From Candidatus Hermodarchaeota archaeon (GTDB taxonomy: Archaea; Asgardarchaeota; Lokiarchaeia; Sigyniarchaeales; SOKP01), in assembly GCA_048885525.1 (NCBI GenBank), contig JBHLLP010000003.1, positions 32,001 to 96,000 on the forward strand: 64,000 bases of DNA, written 5' to 3'. The notes under the pieces are model-generated. The model did no database searches. It was not told where the DNA came from and saw nothing but the letters and a program-made list of their open reading frames with translations. Of this stretch, positions 1 through 8,463 are shown piece by piece. Position numbers and translations under genes: made by a program. Position 1 is the stretch's first letter; each line of letters starts with the position of its first letter.

Positions 1-1
1 C

Positions 2-280
2 ATCATTAATCCAGCTTTCACACCAGTTACAGCTGATTTTAAAGCTGCACATTTTGATGCTCGGAGATCTATTTACAGTTATTGTTTCTTTGCGAATATT
101 GCTGAATACGGTGAATCTCATATATATACCCCAGAAAAGGATCGTACTGAAAGATTTTTACCCGCAAAAGAAGAAGGCTTAATTTATAAAGATATAGATC
201 TATTTAAATTACGCTCAGAGCGTAAAAAATGGGAAAAAGAACAAAACAAAGAGAGAATGTTTATACAAAGTACTAGATAG
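2..280 (+). CDS. 3' end of a carbon-nitrogen hydrolase (nitrilase superfamily)-like protein; partial, not in the ORF track
   Basis: Frame 2 is open from the window edge to TAG at 278-280: IINPAFTPVTADFKAAHFDARRSIYSYCFFANIAEYGESHIYTP...EEGLIYKDIDLFKLRSER, matching the typical CN-hydrolase C-terminus (N..G.S.I..P, E.GLI..DIDL..LR..R). Confidence 0.6.
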   Translation: MINPAFTPVTADFKAAHFDARRSIYSYCFFANIAEYGESHIYTPEKDRTERFLPAKEEGLIYKDIDLFKLRSERKKWEKEQNKERMFIQSTR

Positions 281-312
281 AACTGATTTAAAAAAAATTA
301 AAATAAAAAAAA

Positions 313-2292
313 TTAACCTATTTCTACATCCATTTTTTTACGTTCTTCAAGTAAAGCATCCACAACAGAAGGATCAGCTAATGTTGTAACATTTCCAATA
401 TCACTACCAGTGGCAATTGCTTTCAAAATTCTCCTCATTATTTTACCACTTCGAGTTTTAGGTAAGTCATCAGCAAATTGAATAACATCTGGTTGAAAAA
501 CAGGTCCAATTTCTGTTCTCACGTGCATTCTAATTTCATTGGATAATTTAGCTGATTTTTGAACTCCCTGAATTAAAGTCACAAAAGCCCATATTGCTTG
601 ACCTTTGATTTTATGAGGAAAAGGAGCAACTGCAGCTTCTGCAACACTTGGATGGCTTACAAGAGCAGATTCTACTTCCATAGTACCTATTCTATGTCCA
701 GATACTTTAATAACGTCATCTAATCGTCCTAAAATCCAATAATAACCATCTTCATCTCTTCGTGCTCCATCACCAGTGTAGTAATATCCTGGATATCTAT
801 CAAGATAAGTTGATTTAAATCTGTCAGTATCGCCCCATACATCTCTTAACATTCCTGGCCAAGGCGTTTGAATTGCAAAATAACCCCCTTCATTTGGTTC
901 TGTAATTTTATCTCCTTCTAAATCAAATATAACTGGTTTAATTCCAAAGAATGGCATACAGCAAGAGCCTGGTTTAGTGGGTGTTGCTGTAGCAATAGGT
1001 GTCATAATAAAACCACCAGTTTCCGTTTGCCAATATGTATCTACAATTGGGCAACGCTCTTTACCTACTACTCGATGATACCAAGTCCAAGCTTCTGGAT
1101 TTATTGGTTCTCCAACAGTTCCAAGTACTTTTAATGAACTTAGGTCGTGTCTTTTAACTGGTTCATCACCATACCTCATTAAAGCACGTATTGCAGTCGG
1201 TGCTGTATAGAAATGAGTTACTTTATGACGTTCAACAATATCCCAAAAACGATCAACATCAGGATACGTTGGAACTCCTTCAAACATTAAAGACGTTGCT
1301 CCATTTACAAGAGGTCCATATACTATATAAGAATGCCCTGTTATCCATCCAATATCAGCAGTGCAATACCAGATATCTCCCTCATGGTAATTAAATACAA
1401 CCTTATGAGTATATGATGTATAAAGTATGTATCCTGCTGTGGTATGTTTTACGCCCTTTGGCTTTCCAGTTGTTCCACTTGTATATAAAATAAATAATGT
1501 ATCTTCAGAATCCATAATTTCAGGTTCACATTCTTCGTTCATACCATCAATAAAGTCATGATACCAAATATCCTTGTCAGTATGAGGCACTTGTCTTCCT
1601 GAACGCTTTACAACAATAACATGTTCGATGGTAGGAACTTGATCGATAATTTGAACGACATCTTCTATTTTTGGATAATATTTTCCCGCTCTTAATGTTT
1701 CATCGCTTGTAAATAAAAGACGAGAATTAGAATCTTCAATCCTATCTTTAACAGCTTCTTTTGAAAATCCCCCAAAAACTATTGAATGGATAACACCTAT
1801 TCGAGCACAGGCTAGCATAATTATAGCAAGTTCAGGAACCATAGGGAGCCAAATTGTGACTCTATCTCCCTTTTTCAATCCAAGCTTTTTCATTCCATTC
1901 GCAACTTTACTGACTTCTTTCAAAAGTTCATTATAAGTAAATTCTCGCATATTTCCGGGTTCATCTGCTTCCCAAATCAAGGCAATTTGTTCTCCTTTTC
2001 CTGCTTTTACATGTCTATCTAATGCGTTATAACTAACATTTAGTTTTCCACCAACGAACCATTTACCGGGAAACAACTCTGTTTTTTCCCAGACTTTATC
2101 ATAAGGTTTGAACCAATCAATGGATTTTGCTTGTTCATCCCAGAAACCTTCTATATCTTCTATAGATTGTTTATATAGTTTTTGGTATTCTTCCAGAGAC
2201 ATTCCTGTTTTTGCAAATTCAGGATTTAGATCAACGGGATTAAATCTACGTGTTTCAGTGAGAATACTTTCCATTCTTTCTTCTTTTGACAT
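313..2292 (-). CDS. acs: AMP-forming acetyl-CoA synthetase
   Basis: YTSGTTGKPKG AMP-binding loop, TADIGWITGHSY, DTYWQTETGG, and C-terminal LPKTRSGKIMRR containing the acetylatable catalytic Lys. Confidence 0.97.
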   Translation of the reverse strand: MSKEERMESILTETRRFNPVDLNPEFAKTGMSLEEYQKLYKQSIEDIEGFWDEQAKSIDWFKPYDKVWEKTELFPGKWFVGGKLNVSYNALDRHVKAGKGEQIALIWEADEPGNMREFTYNELLKEVSKVANGMKKLGLKKGDRVTIWLPMVPELAIIMLACARIGVIHSIVFGGFSKEAVKDRIEDSNSRLLFTSDETLRAGKYYPKIEDVVQIIDQVPTIEHVIVVKRSGRQVPHTDKDIWYHDFIDGMNEECEPEIMDSEDTLFILYTSGTTGKPKGVKHTTAGYILYTSYTHKVVFNYHEGDIWYCTADIGWITGHSYIVYGPLVNGATSLMFEGVPTYPDVDRFWDIVERHKVTHFYTAPTAIRALMRYGDEPVKRHDLSSLKVLGTVGEPINPEAWTWYHRVVGKERCPIVDTYWQTETGGFIMTPIATATPTKPGSCCMPFFGIKPVIFDLEGDKITEPNEGGYFAIQTPWPGMLRDVWGDTDRFKSTYLDRYPGYYYTGDGARRDEDGYYWILGRLDDVIKVSGHRIGTMEVESALVSHPSVAEAAVAPFPHKIKGQAIWAFVTLIQGVQKSAKLSNEIRMHVRTEIGPVFQPDVIQFADDLPKTRSGKIMRRILKAIATGSDIGNVTTLADPSVVDALLEERKKMDVEIG

Positions 2293-2538
2293 TACATTTC
2301 ACGATTTTAAATTTTTCTTATATTTTAGAATTTCATAAATTTATGTTTTTAATTTTATTAATTATAGACATCTAAAATTATTATTTAATAGGCGATAGTC
2401 TTAATTCAAAAAAGCGATATATAAAATTTAAACATTTTATTTATAATTTCAAAAACATTATATTGATGATAAAACATTTAATAAAGAGATTAGAGATTAT
2501 ATTTTTATTTTAAATATTTAATTTAAACCAAAAAAATA

Positions 2539-4443
2539 GTGAAATATGTTATCATGACAGAAGATTGGAGAGTAAAGTGGAAAGACAAAGAAATTACAGC
2601 AGAAGAAGCAATTAATCAAATTATTCCCGGGAATAGAGTTTTTATTGATTCTGGATGTTCAGAACCACAGTTATTAACTGCAGAATTGATTAAACAATCA
2701 GAGAAATTAATTGATACTGAAATACTTCACTTTTTAACTATAGGCCCAGAGAAGTACTTTGAAGATAAAGCAGAAGATTTATTTAGGCATAATGCATTCT
2801 TTATTGGCAAAACTCTTAGAGAAGAAATTAATAAAGGTCAAGCAGACTACACCCCTATTTTTACAAGTGAAATTCCATCTTTATTTAAAACAGGTAGAAA
2901 ACATATCGATGTTGCACTTATACAAACTACTCCTCCTGATCCTTACGGTTTTTGCTCTTTAGGGATAAATGTGGACATTGCAAAACCAATAGCACAAACA
3001 GCTTATATAACTATTGCAGAAATTAACCCACAAATGCCTCGGACTTTAGGAAATAGTTTTATACATATGAAAGAAATTGATTTTTTTATTTATAATAACA
3101 CACCTTTATTAGAATTTATTTTCGACGAACCTGATGATATTGCAGAAAGTATTGGTCAAAATCTAGTAAATTTAATAGAAAATAAATCTACCATTCATGT
3201 TGGTTTTGGTGATTTACCTAATGCTGTATTAAAATTTCTTAAGGATAAAAAAGATCTAGGGATGCATTCTCATTATATAACAGACAATATAATACCCCTT
3301 ATTGAAGAAGGTGTTTTAACTTGTAGAAAAAAGAATTTTCATCCAGAGAAAATACTTACTAGTTTTGCTTTAGGAACTAATAAATTATATAATTTCGTCA
3401 ACAACAATCCATATATAGAATTCTATCCATCGGATTATATTTGTAATCCTAAATACATTGGAATGAATAAGAAATTAGTTTCCATTAATTCTGCTCGCCA
3501 AATTGATTTAACTGGACAAGTAAATGCTGCAACTGAAGGTTATAGTTTTTATTCAGGATTAGGAGAAACTATAGATTTTATGAGAGGAGCTGCGTTTTCT
3601 AAAGGTGGAAAGCCGATAATAATAATGCCTTCAACCTCAAGAGATGGAGAAAAATCCCGAATTGTAGCTCATTTAGATGAAGGTGCAGGAATAATGTTGT
3701 CTCGTGGAGATGTTCATTATGTTGTGACTGAATGGGGTGTTGCATACCTGCATGGTAAAACAATTCGTGAAAGAGTGCTTGAGTTGATATGTATAGCTCA
3801 CCCAAAATTTCGACAATCATTATTAGATGAAGCTAAAAAATTGAATTATATATTTTCTGATCAGATGCTTCCTTGTGATGAAGAGGGTCGAATTTGTTTA
3901 TACCCTTCTGAATATGAAACAATTTTCATAACGAGAGATAAAGAAAAAGTTAATATTCGCCCGGTTAAAACAACGGATGAACAAGCACTTAAAGAATTAT
4001 ATTATTCATTGAATGAGAGAGATAGATATTTACGATTTTTTGAGCTTAGAAAAGAATTTACACATTCAAAAACTCAAAGCGAAGTAAATATTGATTATAT
4101 TAATGTTTTTTCACTAGGAGCATTTATAGGGGAAATTGGAAAGGAAGAAATGATAGGGAGTGCAACATATTATTTAAATCCTCAAATGAATATGGCAGAA
4201 TATAGCTTTATCGTTAGGGAAGATTATCGAGGAAAAGGTATTGGTACATTTTTATATCAACATATAATTATTATCGCCAAGGAGAAAGGCATAAAGGGAT
4301 TCTATGGAAATATTCATATTCAAAATAAAGAAACGATTCGTGTTATTCATAAAGGAGGATATACCAAAATAACTCCACCAGAAATCGGAGAAAAAGAATT
4401 GTTTTACAGAGTGTATTTTGATAAAGAAGATTCAATTAGTTGA
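2539..4443 (+). CDS. Acetyl-CoA hydrolase/CoA-transferase-fold domain fused to a C-terminal GNAT acetyltransferase (likely start ATG 2554)
   Basis: N-terminal ~440 aa has PPD.YG.CSLG..VD, AEIN.QMPRT.G, ID.TGQV, SG.G...DF.RGA..S.GG.PII and V.YVVTE.G.A.L.G. C-terminal IRP..., RYLRFF and YRGKGIGT (GNAT motif A). Confidence 0.9.
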   Translation: MKYVIMTEDWRVKWKDKEITAEEAINQIIPGNRVFIDSGCSEPQLLTAELIKQSEKLIDTEILHFLTIGPEKYFEDKAEDLFRHNAFFIGKTLREEINKGQADYTPIFTSEIPSLFKTGRKHIDVALIQTTPPDPYGFCSLGINVDIAKPIAQTAYITIAEINPQMPRTLGNSFIHMKEIDFFIYNNTPLLEFIFDEPDDIAESIGQNLVNLIENKSTIHVGFGDLPNAVLKFLKDKKDLGMHSHYITDNIIPLIEEGVLTCRKKNFHPEKILTSFALGTNKLYNFVNNNPYIEFYPSDYICNPKYIGMNKKLVSINSARQIDLTGQVNAATEGYSFYSGLGETIDFMRGAAFSKGGKPIIIMPSTSRDGEKSRIVAHLDEGAGIMLSRGDVHYVVTEWGVAYLHGKTIRERVLELICIAHPKFRQSLLDEAKKLNYIFSDQMLPCDEEGRICLYPSEYETIFITRDKEKVNIRPVKTTDEQALKELYYSLNERDRYLRFFELRKEFTHSKTQSEVNIDYINVFSLGAFIGEIGKEEMIGSATYYLNPQMNMAEYSFIVREDYRGKGIGTFLYQHIIIIAKEKGIKGFYGNIHIQNKETIRVIHKGGYTKITPPEIGEKELFYRVYFDKEDSIS

Positions 4444-4492
4444 TTTATCAAAATTTTTATTTTTCTTCTTTAATTATCAATCTAGTTATTTT

Positions 4493-5287
4493 ATGAGATT
4501 TAAATTTACTGATTATCATTTACACACAAAAGGTTGGAGCGTAGATGTACCAGAAGACGGTCCTACTTTTAAAGATTATATAAAAATAGCAGAAGAGCAT
4601 CAAATTAATATCTGTTTTCTTGACCATTTTGAACTCCATTATGTGGAGAATGACAAGACTAATCCATTTTATAATGGAAAAGTAAATGATTATCTTGAAG
4701 AAATTGATATATATAAAGAATCATATGATTTCATACTCAGTGGTTTAGAGATTGAGTATTATGAGAATAAGGAGATTCAATTAATTGAATTTATGGATGA
4801 TTATGAAAGAGAATTTGATTTTATCGGAGGATCTGTTCATGAGTGGATAATCGGATATCCAATTACAACAAAAGAAGGACTATCTAAACTATTAGAAAAA
4901 ATACCGATGAAAAAGATTATAGATGATTATTTTAAAGTAAGTATAAAAATGATTAATTCCCAAATTTTCAAGAATATCTGTCATATCGACACTATTTTTC
5001 GTTATATTAATAATAATGAATTCATACCTACTGATGATTGTGATGTATCTGATAATCGAGTACTAGACTTAGGTCGTCTATGTATAAAAAACAAAATAAA
5101 AGTAGAATTGAATTTATCTGGTTTAAGATTTCCAATAAATAGAACCTTTCCATCTATGGAGATTATGGAAATATTGAAGAAAGAAGGAATAAAGTTTTTT
5201 GTTGGGTCTGATTCACATTCTTTAGATTATTTTAAAGAAAACATCCCTAAAGTAATAGATGCCTATAAGATATTAAATTCACTTTAA
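4493..5287 (+). CDS. PHP-family phosphoesterase (histidinol-phosphatase-like); start moved from 4418 to ATG 4493
   Basis: DYHLHT, LDH, GLE, GSVH, HID, ELN and GSDSH are the PHP metal-ligand motifs. Confidence 0.85.
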   Translation: MRFKFTDYHLHTKGWSVDVPEDGPTFKDYIKIAEEHQINICFLDHFELHYVENDKTNPFYNGKVNDYLEEIDIYKESYDFILSGLEIEYYENKEIQLIEFMDDYEREFDFIGGSVHEWIIGYPITTKEGLSKLLEKIPMKKIIDDYFKVSIKMINSQIFKNICHIDTIFRYINNNEFIPTDDCDVSDNRVLDLGRLCIKNKIKVELNLSGLRFPINRTFPSMEIMEILKKEGIKFFVGSDSHSLDYFKENIPKVIDAYKILNSL

Positions 5288-5310
5288 AAAAGTATGAAAT
5301 TAATGACATC

Positions 5311-6030
5311 ATGGAATTTAAAGAATTTTCAAATAAAATCGATCAATGGGACCAAAAAATTATTTTAAAATACAATGGTTTAGGAGGTAAGTCCATCACA
5401 GTTATTTTAAGAATAATTTCTTTTCTTGGCAGAGAAACTTTATGGCTTCTCTTAATTGCGTTTTATTTATTTATTTGGTATGATCCCTTTTTGCTGGCTT
5501 ATATTTCAGGAATATTTCTCACGGGGTTAATTTTAATATTAGCGATAAAACAAATTGTAAAAAGAAAAAGACCTTTCGAAAGATTTAAAAATGATAAAAT
5601 TACTGTTTTAGAGAGAATGCCTTCATCAAGAAGTTTTCCCTCTTGGCATTCTTATAATGTTATGGCACAAGGTTTATTATTCGGAATATTCTTTTTGAAT
5701 TCACTTCTTGTTACTATTTTAATTGTAATAATTGCTATAATTGTGTCCTTTTCAAGAATTCAACTTGGTGTACATTACCCTTCGGATGTTATCTTTGGTT
5801 GCATTTTTGGAATTATAGGCTTTTTAATAACTATATTTATAACTAGTCCGCTTATTTTACAAATCTTAAGATTCTTTGAACGTATTATGGAATTTGAAAT
5901 TCAGTATCGACAAATAAATTCAATGATTTTTAAAAATATAGGATATTTTTTACTGATTTTTAGTATTTTACTTACAATTTTTCTACTAGCGATTAATAAA
6001 AAAATTAAAGAGCGATTTAAGAAAAAATAG
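5311..6030 (+). CDS. PAP2-family membrane phosphatase
   Basis: KxxxxRxRP, SFPSWH and SRIQLGVHYPSD motifs with multiple hydrophobic helices. Confidence 0.92.
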   Translation: MEFKEFSNKIDQWDQKIILKYNGLGGKSITVILRIISFLGRETLWLLLIAFYLFIWYDPFLLAYISGIFLTGLILILAIKQIVKRKRPFERFKNDKITVLERMPSSRSFPSWHSYNVMAQGLLFGIFFLNSLLVTILIVIIAIIVSFSRIQLGVHYPSDVIFGCIFGIIGFLITIFITSPLILQILRFFERIMEFEIQYRQINSMIFKNIGYFLLIFSILLTIFLLAINKKIKERFKKK

Positions 6031-6038
6031 ACTAGTTT

Positions 6039-7277
6039 CTAGAGATCCAATCTACGTCTCTTCCCAAATAAATCCTTTAACTCATTTAATACTTGTAATC
6101 TAGCACTTTCTTGAGGTCTTACGGAGGGTTTATTTGGATTAGCAATTTCAATAGGGATTCCACTTTGCGCAACTTGAAATGCTCCGGATTCTATTGCTCT
6201 AAGACGATTGTCTAGTTCGTTGAGTTGAGTAGAAATACTTTCTGATAATCGTATAACCGCATTCAAAGTTTCTTCTAATGTTTTTCCAAGACCTTCAACT
6301 TTCCTAACAGTTGGATCAGTAAGAGAATAACTAGCACTCATAAGGTTCTTTATATATTTTGCGAATTGCGGTTCGCGTGAAATTAATGAGAATATAGATG
6401 TTAAATATATCTCAGTATGAAAGTCATTTTTCTTGTTTTTAAATAATTCGTTTATTTTATCCTTTAAAAGTTCCACATTTAAGAGGATTTTAGGGTCATT
6501 CTTTAAATCTGGATCGTATTTATGGATAAAGATTAATATATAAGGATTTTCTTCCAGTAAAATTATTGAGTCTATAACTTTCTCAAAATATTCAAGAGCT
6601 TCATCAAATCTATCTGGATCTTGTACATCTATTACATAAATTAACAAATCAAGCTGTACAAAATATTGTTCTGGATTCTCTAAATACCTTTGTCTATATT
6701 CTTTTTGACCACCCAAATCCCAAATAAAGAGATTTAATTTTTTGCTTCCAAATTTCATTCGAACAACGCCCTTAGTTGGATGTGTTGAGATCATATCGTT
6801 TATTCCTAAGCGTCCACTAAATTTTGATAAAGTTGCTGTTTTGCCTGCATTATCAAGCCCCGCAACAAGAATTTTTTGTCCTACTTCTTCAAATCCTTCT
6901 TTTTCTTCCTTAACACTCACAATTAGAGAGCTAATTGTTATTGTTTTCTTTAATTTTTCTTCGAAGGATGGGTATTTAATCTTTAATTCCTCAATTTTTT
7001 TTTGTAAGTTTACTGCTAATTCAATTGAATCATCAGTTTCTTCAATTTCAGTTATTGTCTCAAATGGATTTTCTTTATTTAATTTAGAAGCATCACCAAT
7101 TGTAGAAATTTCTAATAACTGCTTCATTATCGTTGATTCTTCTTTATCTATGAATTTATATGATAGAATTGGTAACTTAATAACATCATCGACATTTTGT
7201 AATTTATTAATTTTCACGGATTTGGGATCCAAGAATTTTGAAAAGACTTTTATAAAACTAGAAGCTTCTGAAGACAT
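6039..7277 (-). CDS. Multidomain Arf-like small GTPase (N-terminal ~130-aa domain, G domain, C-terminal coiled coil)
   Basis: G1 GLDNAGKT, G2 PT, G3 WDLGGQ, G4 HKYD, G5 TSI. Confidence 0.88.
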   Translation of the reverse strand: MSSEASSFIKVFSKFLDPKSVKINKLQNVDDVIKLPILSYKFIDKEESTIMKQLLEISTIGDASKLNKENPFETITEIEETDDSIELAVNLQKKIEELKIKYPSFEEKLKKTITISSLIVSVKEEKEGFEEVGQKILVAGLDNAGKTATLSKFSGRLGINDMISTHPTKGVVRMKFGSKKLNLFIWDLGGQKEYRQRYLENPEQYFVQLDLLIYVIDVQDPDRFDEALEYFEKVIDSIILLEENPYILIFIHKYDPDLKNDPKILLNVELLKDKINELFKNKKNDFHTEIYLTSIFSLISREPQFAKYIKNLMSASYSLTDPTVRKVEGLGKTLEETLNAVIRLSESISTQLNELDNRLRAIESGAFQVAQSGIPIEIANPNKPSVRPQESARLQVLNELKDLFGKRRRLDL

Positions 7278-7461
7278 ACTATTATTAATAGGTTGATTTA
7301 ATTTTTATTCTTATTTATTTTAAGATAATATTTAAAAAGATTAAGATTTAAATTTTCACAAGATAAGTTGAAATTGATCAAACTTAAATATTTATGAATT
7401 TATGTATTTCTAAGGATTATTTTATAAAAGTCAATTCCCATCCTTTATCATTTTAATAACA

Positions 7462-8385
7462 ATGCCGTCCCATTTTGAAGATAATGATTTTTTTGAGGAA
7501 AATGCAGAGGAAGGCCCCTCTTGTTGTGATAGTCCTAAAATTAGTGAGGAGGATGGGTTTTATGTATGCTTAAACTGTGGATTCGTATACTCTAGGATTC
7601 TTGACGATAGCCCTCGTAGAGCTTTTACTCAAGAAGAAATCCAAAAAAGAAAGAGTAATGAAAGAGTATATAGCCCTATTGGGCCTAGAACAATTATTCG
7701 GGGCTCTAGAGATGCTAGAGGCACATTATTAAGCCCTAAATATAAATCTAAATTTAACAGATTAGCTAAGATTCATAGATCTCTGACAACTAGTTACGAA
7801 AGGAATTTATGGATTGCTTTGCCAAACTTACAACGTTTACAGAAGAGATTAGGAATTCCTGATGCTGTAGCAGAAGATGCATTACGGATTTATACTCAAA
7901 CTGTAAAAAAGAAATTAACTATGGGACGTAGTATTGATACTTTATTATCAGCTTCGATTTTTGCTGCTTTAAGAGTTCATGGAATACCTAGAACTGCTGA
8001 AGAAATTACAAAAGTGGCACAAATTCCTAAAAAGAAAGTGATTAAAAGTTATAGATTAATTTTAATGGAAGTTCTACCTAAATTAAACCTTAAAGTTCAA
8101 CATTTCTCTGCGAATCGTTATGTGGATAAATTTAATGAAGAGTTAAAACTTTCCATGAAATGTCGGAATATAGCTGTTAAAATAATCGAAAAAGCAAAAG
8201 ATAGTGGGTTTAATTCGGCAGGAAAAGATCCTAAAGGAATTGCTGCAGCCGCTATTTATATAGGTTCAAAAATTTGTAATGAAAACAGAACACAGAAAGA
8301 GATAAGTAAGTTAGCGCGAGTTACTGAAGTAACTCTTCGCATGCGCGTGAAAGACTTGCAAAAGTACGTAAATATGGTTGATTAA
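7462..8385 (+). CDS. tfb: Transcription initiation factor IIB (TFB), probably a paralog
   Basis: N-terminal Zn ribbon (CC...CLNCG), cyclin repeats with GRSID..LSASIF and GKDPKGIAAAAIY, C-terminal HTH VTEVTLRMR. Confidence 0.92.
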   Translation: MPSHFEDNDFFEENAEEGPSCCDSPKISEEDGFYVCLNCGFVYSRILDDSPRRAFTQEEIQKRKSNERVYSPIGPRTIIRGSRDARGTLLSPKYKSKFNRLAKIHRSLTTSYERNLWIALPNLQRLQKRLGIPDAVAEDALRIYTQTVKKKLTMGRSIDTLLSASIFAALRVHGIPRTAEEITKVAQIPKKKVIKSYRLILMEVLPKLNLKVQHFSANRYVDKFNEELKLSMKCRNIAVKIIEKAKDSGFNSAGKDPKGIAAAAIYIGSKICNENRTQKEISKLARVTEVTLRMRVKDLQKYVNMVD

Positions 8386-8463
8386 TAAGATTTACTGAAT
8401 TTATTAGAGTTTAAAAGTGATTTCTAAGATCTCTTTGATGGGAGAAATTAATGTAATATGAAT

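Noticed and set aside
4418-4492. N-terminal extension of the PHP protein overlapping the GNAT fusion gene
   Set aside because: Poly-Phe from a T-rich spacer or terminator; the PHP motif starts right after ATG 4493.
6742-7296. 184-aa + strand ORF, and the similar short ORFs nested in larger genes (e.g. 1191, 2108, 2759, 9194, 11441, 33462, 41190, 45355, 46051, 49825, 55253, 56500, 61152)
   Set aside because: They overlap well-supported genes on the opposite strand or in another frame and have the Ser/Ile/Phe-rich composition typical of antisense shadows.
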